This document shows positions 36,521 through 45,264 of a DNA stretch of 64,000 nucleotides, in pieces. The notes beneath the pieces were generated by a model that saw only the letters and a program-made list of their open reading frames with translations, was not told the origin of the DNA and searched no databases. The stretch comes from Iphione sp. A-MEVVRFRX5 (taxonomy: Eukaryota), in the NCBI GenBank assembly GCA_976226885.1, contig OZ320313.1, positions 77,190,001-77,254,000 of the forward strand, read 5' to 3'. The first letter of the stretch is position 1. Each line of letters opens with the position of its first letter. The translations under genes were made by a program, and so were the position numbers.

Positions 36521-39307
36521 TTATACCCTGTAGGCAGCCGCCTGGAGTTGCCCTTGGCAAACAGCCAGCTTTCTCTTCACCTTCATAGCGTCAGGAAGTC
36601 GATTCCAGGCTCGAACGGCGCGGTATCGCAGACTCGAGGCGTATTTCATTGAGCGGGGCTTGATCATTTTTGCCTGCCATCCTGCACCCCTTCTGGTCGA
36701 GGTTCTCTTGCTGCTTGGTAGTAGACCTAGGTGCATCAGCCTGTGGACGATTTCTACCCCCTTCTTTAAGTTCAGCTCCTCAATGCGGGGGACAGCATAC
36801 AGGTGTTGGAGCCGCATTGCAGACAGGTGCGGGCCGCACTGTATTGCAGCACGCGCACATCTATTTAAGTGCGTCTGTAAACTTACCATTCCGGACGGGC
36901 TCAGTTGGAAGAGGACCACGGCATGGTACTGTACATGAGACTCGACCAACGCCCGGAAAAGTGTAAGTCTTGCTCCTAGGGGAAGGTGACGCTTGCATCT
37001 GCACAACCGTGCAGCTACCGTCCACATCTTTTGCTTCAGGTGGTTGAGATCATGCCGCATGCTTAGGGTGGGGTCCAGTTTGTAACCCAGAACGCAAGCT
37101 GAGGTTGCCAGTTGTAACTCATCGGGGCCAACATTAAGATCCAGTGGGATTCCCGCTGAACGCCCTATTGGCATGTAGCAGCACTTGTTTGCACTTAAAA
37201 GCAGGCCTTCTGTCTGACTCCATTTGTACACTGACGAGATGACGCGTTGCGAATCTGCCCGTAGCCGTAGAAGATCACGCGATGCCACTACCGCGGTTAG
37301 GTCGTCAGCGTACATGATGCCCGTGGCGTTGGACGGCAGGTGTTTGACCACGTTGTTCATCACCAACAAGAAGGCAGCCGGTCCAAAGATGGACCCCTGC
37401 GGGACTCCTTGGTTGATCCGTCGGTTAGTAGACTCAGATCCTAGGCAACGAACGTACTGGGATCTCTCGGCGAGATACCCACCCACTAAGTTGCAGATTT
37501 TGTTGCTCGCACCATGTGTCCGTAGTAGGCGGACGATGCTGTCGTGGGGCACAAGATCAAACGCCTTTTTTAGGTCGAACATTATCAGGTTGCAGTACAT
37601 GCCTAAGTTCAATTGGTCATGGGCCGTGCAGATCAGGTCGGCGATGGCGGTTTCTGTGCCTCGTCCCCTTCTGAAGCCGTGTTGGTGGATGTCAAACACA
37701 CCCTTGGCTTCGAGTCTACTCATCAACTGCGGTACAAACCAAGCTTCGCAAACCTTTCCAGGGAGTGGTAATATAGAGACCGGGCGGTAGTTTCCTGGGC
37801 TTTGCTGATCTCCTTTCTTGTAGACGGGCGTGACTCTCGCCCTCTTCCAGGGGGATGGATACTTGCCCGTCTCGTAAATTCGCCCGAAAATCCATGATAA
37901 GAAATCCGGTAGTAGTAGCAGCAGTGGCTTTAGGACGCATGTCGGTACTCCGACAACTCCTGAAGACTTTTTCAGGCGCTGCTTCTGGACGAGTTTCACT
38001 ACCTCCAGGGGTGTCGGCGGGTGAAGTTCAATCTCGTTGGCATCGTATCTGACCGCCAGTGCTGGTTGCGTCGGGTTCCTTACAGGCACCAGCCTAGTAA
38101 CCTCGTCGACAAAGTAGTCGTTAAACGCCTGTGCCACTGATTCGGTCGCCACTCCTGCTTGATTAAGTAGCTCTAGAGTCGGCAGTACTTCTCGGCGCTT
38201 TGACTGGCCCATTGCTTCCCGCAGTGTGTCCCACATCTTGCCAGCGTCCCGTCCGGCCTCCTGTAGCTTCTCCGTCCAATATCTCTTGCGTTCTCTCTGC
38301 AGCGCATAGCGGACTTTTTTATTTAGGAACTTGAAGATTCGGTGATCATCCTCATTCCGGTAGCTCTTCCAACGCTTGAAGAAGAAGTCCCTGTCCTTGA
38401 TCAAGGACAGGGTACTCACACTGATAGTCGGTCCTTCATTGACTCCCCGATAGCGCACACTCTTCTCTGGACAGGTCCTGTCGAGTTCGTTCCGTAGGCC
38501 GTCCTCAAATCTTTTCCATGCTTCTTCGTGACATCCTTCCATATTGACGAATTCTTCTCTCATACGGTCATGTAGCAGGGGGATGTCCACCTTATGCCAC
38601 TGTCGTGTTACCTTCAACGATGTCTTTAGCTTTGGCGCCCCCTTTTTCAAATCAATGCTGATTGGGAGGTGGTCACTCAGAAAGTGCTGCAGGATTCTGG
38701 CGGGTCTCCTGGCAGGGAAGCTTAGCCAGAGATGGTCCAAGCAGCTATCACTGTCCACCATGGTGCCATCCATAATCAGTTGAGAGAGACCTCTACCCGC
38801 CAGCGCGTTGATGATTCCGGAGCCAGCACCACCAGCTTTGGAGTAGTTGTAATTGAAGTCGCCAGTGATACAGCAGTCATGTCGTCGTCTATCGAGAAAA
38901 TCGTCACAGGCTGCAGATATGGCTTTGATGGAGTGAGCCATCTTATCATGCGGGGGTCTGTAGACCAAGATGATGTCCAACGGTCGTCGTTTGCCCCCCT
39001 TGATAGTTATCGCTAGCAGTTCACAGCATGACCCCTCTTGTTCAGGCAGTGCTGTACGCAAGATGTCAATGCCATCCTTCACAAAGATGACAACACCCCC
39101 TCCACGTTGGCGTTGTAATTCCGTTCTGTCCCGTCGTATCATTTCATATCCTGGGAGAAGAATTTCATCATCCTTCACAGCCGGCGTCAGCCAGGTTTCC
39201 GTAATGCATAGCACATCCACATTTTCGTTCTTCACGAGGTCGCATATGTCTGGCATTTTCCTCCTGATGCTCCGGATATTGTAGACCACCATGCGTAGTT
39301 TGCCCAT
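36521..39307 (-). CDS. LINE ORF2: APE endonuclease plus reverse transcriptase (CR1/L2/Crack/Daphne type)
   Basis: VVYNIRS, LCITETWL, RRDR..GGGV, VYRPP, ITGDFN, CLDH, SDH; YRPVSILP, QHGFR, DLKKAFD, GVPQGSIFGP, YADD. No stops; first ATG 39307 (the ORF track starts at GTG 39337). Confidence 0.95.
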   Translation of the reverse strand: MGKLRMVVYNIRSIRRKMPDICDLVKNENVDVLCITETWLTPAVKDDEILLPGYEMIRRDRTELQRQRGGGVVIFVKDGIDILRTALPEQEGSCCELLAITIKGGKRRPLDIILVYRPPHDKMAHSIKAISAACDDFLDRRRHDCCITGDFNYNYSKAGGAGSGIINALAGRGLSQLIMDGTMVDSDSCLDHLWLSFPARRPARILQHFLSDHLPISIDLKKGAPKLKTSLKVTRQWHKVDIPLLHDRMREEFVNMEGCHEEAWKRFEDGLRNELDRTCPEKSVRYRGVNEGPTISVSTLSLIKDRDFFFKRWKSYRNEDDHRIFKFLNKKVRYALQRERKRYWTEKLQEAGRDAGKMWDTLREAMGQSKRREVLPTLELLNQAGVATESVAQAFNDYFVDEVTRLVPVRNPTQPALAVRYDANEIELHPPTPLEVVKLVQKQRLKKSSGVVGVPTCVLKPLLLLLPDFLSWIFGRIYETGKYPSPWKRARVTPVYKKGDQQSPGNYRPVSILPLPGKVCEAWFVPQLMSRLEAKGVFDIHQHGFRRGRGTETAIADLICTAHDQLNLGMYCNLIMFDLKKAFDLVPHDSIVRLLRTHGASNKICNLVGGYLAERSQYVRCLGSESTNRRINQGVPQGSIFGPAAFLLVMNNVVKHLPSNATGIMYADDLTAVVASRDLLRLRADSQRVISSVYKWSQTEGLLLSANKCCYMPIGRSAGIPLDLNVGPDELQLATSACVLGYKLDPTLSMRHDLNHLKQKMWTVAARLCRCKRHLPLGARLTLFRALVESHVQYHAVVLFQLSPSGMVSLQTHLNRCARAAIQCGPHLSAMRLQHLYAVPRIEELNLKKGVEIVHRLMHLGLLPSSKRTSTRRGAGWQAKMIKPRSMKYASSLRYRAVRAWNRLPDAMKVKRKLAVCQGQLQAAAYRV

Positions 39308-40848
39308 CACTAGGCCGCAGTAAGGGGGGAGTGCCACCTCTGCCAGCTATTTAGGTGGCCCGCAGCCACGGGTCACACAAGCGAGGGTGGTATAATATGG
39401 AGTAGGGTCGATATCCAATATACCTGGGGTAATAGGGGGCGGGGCGGTTAGTTACTGGTATAAATTAGAAAGAAATTGATGGAGAGGGGAAATAAGTAAA
39501 TAAGCAGGGGGAAAAGATGGAGTAAGGGGTCGAGCTAGGGAGGGACGCAGAGACAATGTGACAATGAGAGTCAGGCATGGGGCAGGGTCATTGGCGTAGA
39601 TGTTAGCGAGGCAGGTCAGGATGGGAAGAGAGAGCACAGAAAACGTTTAGGACTGAGTCATCCTCAAGAGTTGTCTTACTAGAAAGAATTCACAAGATAA
39701 CACATAGCGGCAACAGTCATAATGTAACTACAGCAGCGCATCCAGTGTGCGTGATAAAATTTCACGGAGCCGGTTGAAATGGCAGGAAAGGATTCATTAG
39801 CTAACACACAGCATCATCACTCATGGTCGGAGCACAGTCGCACATTTGGTACCCGTACTAAAGATCCACAGAGTCGTTATCAGAGTTGGTAACAGGATAA
39901 TTAAAAATCATTTTGTAAACAAAAACAAGATTGTACTACTGAAGTTGCTTTTCATAGATTGTGTAACCGCATGGCCAAGATGAATAGCTTGACGTCAAGG
40001 CCTGGCTCGAAAATGATTATCAGTAGCGCATACCTCGTCACTGCCAGTCGCCAGTATATGCAATAAATGCAGTGATGTACCTGTCCATGGCGAGTAAACA
40101 GATGGCAAGGAATAATGGGGTAGTATCAGTATATTTTGGCCGTCACAGCCGTTCGCTAGTATAGGTAGTATAAGCAGTAATATAGCTGCCCATGGTGGAG
40201 AGGAAAAGAGGGGTTGACGAGAAGTTATGTGAGGAAGTTAACAGAAGTTATGCAAATATAACCCGACGCATGATCCTATAGAAAGCCAGCTCCGTAGTAC
40301 AGTGCTCTGCGGTCACGCCGTATTATGCTAGACACCAGATGGACACTTGCGAGTAAAACGGGACAGACTAGATTAACTGTTCATGCGGTATACCAGAACT
40401 CCCTACAAAACAAAATACCTGAGATGTATGATTTAACTATGTTTGTGCAATATAGCAAGGTCTCTCTTCAGTTCTAATACCTGAACTATCACAATATAGT
40501 GTCAACAAGAGGCGTAAGTCATGACAACATTCACAAAAACACTCTCTGCAGCATGTCTTGTCCATAATCTGTTGTTAAAACATAGTCTAAGTAAAGAATA
40601 ATAAGAACAAGCACATTGAGAGACGCTGGGATAAGACAAACGTTCGCAAATCGCTACACGGTTAGACAGTTATAAACACCCTGATAGAAAGAGTCTATGG
40701 TAAATTTGTGATTAACTTTAGAGTCACTGTAGCGAGATATAGTCAATGTTCGTATGTCGTTAGATAATTAGACGGTTGTAAACTCTCTGGTAAAGGCGTT
40801 GACAGTAAATATCGTATTTAACCTTAGAGTCACTGCAGCACGACATAG

Positions 40849-41490
40849 TCAGTGTGGATTAACGGTTGGTCCAAACAGGGCACTGAAGGCCCATATGAAC
40901 TTCGACAGTTTTTTAGCCCAGTAATTGGTTACATACTCACGTGGCGTTATGCCATCGTCTTCCAAAGCACCGCATTCCCGGAACAATAGCCCCTCCATCC
41001 TCTCGGCAGGGGGCATGTCCAGGGTTGGGCAGATAAGGCCAAGCCCAAGTCCAATCTCATGCGCGAGTCTGTTATGCACAGCAATCAGCGCGTCAAGTCG
41101 TACTTGCTCCGCAGGGTCCTCGATGTCAGGTTCCAACTTCATGAGATCGACACTTGGTACCGCTCCTAGGATCAGTCGGGGGCCGGTTGCCTCTGGCCCG
41201 GAAACGCGATCTGTCAGCTCTCCGATTATTCCCGTAAGGACCTCTCGATACCTGCCTGGGTCACGCATGACGGCGGACCATTGCCCATCCACACGCGCCA
41301 GGCAGTCAAATGTGCCAGTTATCATCAGCACAACATGGAAGGTCGAGGTGTCCACACCAATACCCCTTCGCAACATGTACCAGTAGCTTCGCCGTTTCGT
41401 GGAGACTATATGGATCTCCACAGGCGGCATCGCCAAGCCGCGGAGTTTGGTGCAAGCGGGCGAGGTCCTGCTGTCACACAGTATCATCAC
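40849..41490 (-). CDS. SGNH/GDSL hydrolase-like ORF of the LINE, catalytic motifs altered
   Basis: Block I ILCDSR (GDS-like), block III ITGTFD (GxND-like), block V DDGITP (DGxHP-like, His absent); 213 codons open. Confidence 0.75.
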   Translation of the reverse strand: MMILCDSRTSPACTKLRGLAMPPVEIHIVSTKRRSYWYMLRRGIGVDTSTFHVVLMITGTFDCLARVDGQWSAVMRDPGRYREVLTGIIGELTDRVSGPEATGPRLILGAVPSVDLMKLEPDIEDPAEQVRLDALIAVHNRLAHEIGLGLGLICPTLDMPPAERMEGLLFRECGALEDDGITPREYVTNYWAKKLSKFIWAFSALFGPTVNPH

Positions 41491-41727
41491 CCGAAGTCGG
41501 TCCCTACCGGGGACTCCCTGATGGTTCTTTATAATAACATCTGTCAGATGAAGGAGGGAAACAGTACCAGGACAGCATCAGAGATAATATACAACATCAA
41601 GTACCACACAACAGATCAGACTACAGATCACAGTTAAACATGATTTAAAAGCTTAGTGACTATTTTTGAGTAGAGCCAGGCCTAGTAGCCGGCAGTTATC
41701 ATCGTTGACTCAGTTACACTGGCGAAA

Positions 41728-43233
41728 TTACCTCTTTGTAGAGTTACGAATTATGTCACGGACTCGCATGAGCGCACGTCCTAAAATATTTTGACCAGAT
41801 CGGTTCGCTGATTCATCGTCCATTTTACCAAATGGGACGCCACTACCAAGTTCCTCGTCGGCATCGGCATACACCAATTCCCTGTCGCCAGACGACAACA
41901 GAGAAAAACTCATCATACGATTTAGCCTATATTTGCTTAGGAGTAACTTATCCAAAAGTACCTCTCGATTTTCCTGCCATGATTCGCTAGGATCCTTTTC
42001 TAGGCTCACTTTCCTGGAATCAAATCCGCAGCTTGCACGCTCGATTTTTCTCAGAGCCTCGATATCGCCTGAATCGCGCGCTTTTAGACTACGGTACGCG
42101 CTTTCGAGATTGTCGTAAACTTTATGCTCATAAGAGATGATCGCAGGTTCCACCGGTGACAGCGATGGGGAATCATTTGAGAATATCACCTGTTCGTCAC
42201 TGACGTGGGCAAACAGGTTGGAAGGCGATATTTCTTTGGGCAGCTTGTGTGTTTCATTCGGCCCAAAACGCTCTCCTTCGACCACGATGTCTACCCCCTT
42301 CGCAGTCGCGCGGATACCCTGTTTTCTGATCACTGATGCAAGCCGGGACTGCTTCTTGTTTACTTCCGCCGCCCTTTGCGGGATGTCCTCCTTAATAAAC
42401 ACATTTTTTAGGGTCCCTTTTTTCATAAGAGAGGCTTTATTTTTCAGCACCTTATTTCTCGCGTCCACGGAGTAGAGATCCACAAGGATACGGCTGTTGT
42501 TGTTGTCCCCGCCTAACCATCGGGCGCTCATAATCTCATCCCGATGTAAACCGGCAGCTGTCTGAAGGACAGATTGTGCAGTACGTAGTGCACTTTTTTC
42601 CTTTCGTGCTCCTTCGATAATTAGCTTATGTGAACGCTCTCTTATCTCAGCTCTGGAGATGTCAAGATCTAACTTGTCACAGCGGTTCGTAACGCTGGAA
42701 AGCACTGCTTCGACATTCTCCAACCTGCCTAGAATATTTAACTGTGCCGGTGGCTCCTTGTCAACCTCCGGCCTTCCAGCCTTGACTGTGTCTGCCAGTT
42801 CCTTGACCTTAGCATCAAACTGGCTCTTCAGATCGTTGAGACTATTGTATACCTCGGCCCAACGTTTCTTGCAGGTGTTGCAGCAGTCACAGTTATCCTT
42901 GCTTTCATCGTTCATATCTTTGACGCCATCTGGCACTCCGCCTGGTCCCGTAGGGCCCTCACGATCGCCGGTGTTGACAGTGTCAACCCGGCTAGGGTTT
43001 GGCATAGGCATTGGTGCCGGTGTCGATACCAGTGTCGGTGTCGGTGTCAACCCTCCTCGATCGCCGGCTCTCCCGGTATCGCCATTCTTGCTCCCATTAT
43101 CGCTCGTCAACGGACCCGTTTGCTCAATCTGGTCGTTACTCACTGAGTCCTTATCTTTCTTTCGTTGCTTCGACATGGACCTCAGCGTCGGGGTATTCCC
43201 CGGCGGCTCTTTGAACCCAGATCGTCTGCTCAT
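41728..43233 (-). CDS. LINE ORF1: disordered N-terminus, Cys cluster, coiled coil, RRM-like domain, C-terminal NADAR/YbiA-like domain
   Basis: KLIIEG...ARWLG...RILVDL...VFIKEDIP (ORF1 RRM-like). C-terminal ~160 aa: YDNLESAYRSLKA, WQENREVLLDKLLLSKY, LLSSGDRELVYADADEELGSG, GQNILGRALMRVRD (NADAR pattern). Confidence 0.88.
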   Translation of the reverse strand: MSRRSGFKEPPGNTPTLRSMSKQRKKDKDSVSNDQIEQTGPLTSDNGSKNGDTGRAGDRGGLTPTPTLVSTPAPMPMPNPSRVDTVNTGDREGPTGPGGVPDGVKDMNDESKDNCDCCNTCKKRWAEVYNSLNDLKSQFDAKVKELADTVKAGRPEVDKEPPAQLNILGRLENVEAVLSSVTNRCDKLDLDISRAEIRERSHKLIIEGARKEKSALRTAQSVLQTAAGLHRDEIMSARWLGGDNNNSRILVDLYSVDARNKVLKNKASLMKKGTLKNVFIKEDIPQRAAEVNKKQSRLASVIRKQGIRATAKGVDIVVEGERFGPNETHKLPKEISPSNLFAHVSDEQVIFSNDSPSLSPVEPAIISYEHKVYDNLESAYRSLKARDSGDIEALRKIERASCGFDSRKVSLEKDPSESWQENREVLLDKLLLSKYRLNRMMSFSLLSSGDRELVYADADEELGSGVPFGKMDDESANRSGQNILGRALMRVRDIIRNSTKR

Positions 43234-43302
43234 CGTCTCTGTGTCGCTCCGTATTTCTGGACCCTCTTACATGCACGTCCTACTCGGTCGGCGCCATTGA
43301 TC

Positions 43303-44336
43303 TAGATCAAGCACGATTATGTAAAATAAGACACAAGCTAGAACCAGCTGGTTGCCTGTATATAGGACATTTGTTAACCAATAATATTACATTATGGTCC
43401 ATTGAAGAATTGAAACTCAAGTACTCTGTAACCATTACCACCTCAGAACATGCTATATTGTCCAGAGGTATGCCCAATTATTACAAGGTTCAATTTCAAG
43501 AAGAAGCCATCAATACAGATGACCTAAGTAGGCTAATCATCGAAAACCTAGAACAAGCAAAAATTTTATCTCTTCTATCAGCCAAACAAATATATGATCT
43601 CACATTGGAATTAGAGGCAGAAGATATCCCATGTAAAAGAAGATTAACAACCCAGATTTCAGGGTTAATAACAGAAGAGTTCACATGGCAAGGTATTTTC
43701 CTGAATGCTTTTCAATGCTGTTTGTCCACAAAATTTCAAAGCTTCATGTATAAGGTTATTTTCATGCTTATACCCTGTAAGTCATATCTACAAAAAATCT
43801 GTGTAGTAGAATCCAGTGAATGTCCATTCTGTTCCAACAAAGATGATATCATCCACTTTTTCTTTACTTGTCCAACAACTGAACAATTTTGGTGTACATT
43901 ATTTCAATGGTACAAATTTACATTTGGTATTAAAATCCACACCCTTGTAACAAAGGAACTCTTATTGGGTGTTCAAGATCAATTTCCAAATAGAAGTATT
44001 CTCAATTATGTACTTGTTGTTGCCAAATTCTTTATATACAAGAGGAAACTATTTCATAATGGCAATTTAAACTTTAAAGTTTTTCTGTCTGAATTGTTGC
44101 AGTTAATAAGCCTAAGATGTATGGCTCATATATATAGAGGTTCACACAATAGTCATAAAAAATGGAGGGATTTAAAAGACATGCTACAATTAATGCAGAC
44201 ATCATAAATCCCTGTTATGTTTTCCTGTTAAGGTTACTCGTTTTCTCTTTATTGTTATGTAAAACAAAAGAGTCGACGCATCATCCTGTATCCTTCCTCA
44301 GAAATAAATGGTGAGACGCCAATTTAAAAAAAAAAA
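43303..44336 (+). mobile_element. L1/Tx1-like LINE 3' segment (zf-RVT region and poly-A tail), continuation of 34050-35356
   Basis: Resumes DQARLCKIRHKLEPAG...; FQSFMYK...CPFC..DDIIHFFFTC..FW; AATAAA near 44303 and A-tail at about 44325-44336. Confidence 0.85.
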
Positions 44337-44689
44337 GACCTGAACAAAGAACAAAGTGATGTTGACCTTAAAATTATTCTTAGTGTCAATATTTCTCCTG
44401 AAGGTACATCCTTGTACTATGAATAGTCCTGGGTCAGGATTACTATATGTCAGGTTTGACAATAGTGAGTGTTCTCGTACATAGTGAGTAAAGATTGATC
44501 CAGAGGACTGACTTTCAAGTTTTCAGAAGAGGTTGGAGTTTCATTATGACAAATTATAGGCAATCAGCTGTTGCAACGTTGTCTTTTTAGTTTTGCCTAC
44601 CACATATGTCTGAAACCTGAGGGTTTGCATTACCTTTTATATCCAGAAGTCTAGGGGATATGTACCGTACCTTGATGAAAACTATTCCG

Positions 44690-45040
44690 TTTCATTATGA
44701 AGAATTTTGTAACAACAATAATGATACCGTATTTAAGAGCCAACCATTTGGGGTGGGGTGATAAATACCAAACAGTAGTTCCTCTGGTGATGGGTTAGGC
44801 ACATCTCCCATCCACCTTTTCCACCAATTTAAAACATCATGCCATAGGTTTTCTACCTTGTGACATTGAATATAATAGTGAAGGATTGTATCATCAGCAC
44901 CACGGTAAGGACATTGTGGGGTGTCATAAATTTTGAGTCTGGCCATAAATGTCCTACATGGGGTGACTCGGTGTAGGAGTTTGTATTGAAAGGAGTAGAG
45001 TTTGCTAGGGAGTTGTATCTTCGTATAACCAACCTTAAAA
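44690..45040 (-). pseudogene. zf-RVT fragment of another L1/Tx1-like LINE
   Basis: LYSFQYKLLHR...PQCPY..DDTILHYYIQC..LW...ELLFG. Confidence 0.8.
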
Positions 45041-45069
45041 TTAGGGAAGGTCAGCACAAGGGTAGCATT

Positions 45070-45264
45070 CACTACCGCCATCTGGTGCAAAACGATGTCA
45101 CAAATGTGTCGTAAAAGGCAGACGAACTGATTGGTGTAAAGTTGAGGTGGTTTGTTTTGGTAGTGCGTGGCACGCTGTCATTTGCCATTCAGTGCATACA
45201 GTGCCTATTAAGCGGCTTCTAAAGCTGGACGCCTCCAAAATGTTATGACAGCGACTTAGAGCAG
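45070..45264 (+). promoter_or_regulatory. Putative promoter and non-coding first exon of the YccV-domain gene
   Basis: CTCF-like motif CCGCCATCTGGTG (45075-45087), inverted CCAAT (ATTGG 45130-45134), strong donor GCAG|GTAAGA after 45264. The link to the 48267 acceptor is inferred. Confidence 0.45.

Larger units (their letters stand above)
35357..43302 (-). mobile_element. Full-length three-ORF CR1/L2-group LINE
   Basis: 5-bp TSD TAGAT (35352-35356 and 43303-43307); 5' end GATCAATGGCGCCGACCGAG; 3' end AATAAAAACTTATTCAATTCAATTCA (short-repeat tail); three uninterrupted ORFs. Confidence 0.93.

Noticed and set aside
37224-37790. 188-aa plus-strand ORF and other overlapping ORFs within 36660-39284
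   Set aside because: Antisense shadows of the GC-rich LINE ORF2; no independent motifs or splice signals.
39340-39420. CCCTCGCT loop upstream of ORF2 resembling HDV-like ribozyme L3
   Set aside because: P3 pairs imperfectly and no upstream P1 partner was found; not supportable without a covariance or descriptor search.
42659-43300. 213-aa plus-strand ORF, plus 40925-41386 and 42137-42475
   Set aside because: Antisense shadows of LINE ORF1 and the SGNH ORF.
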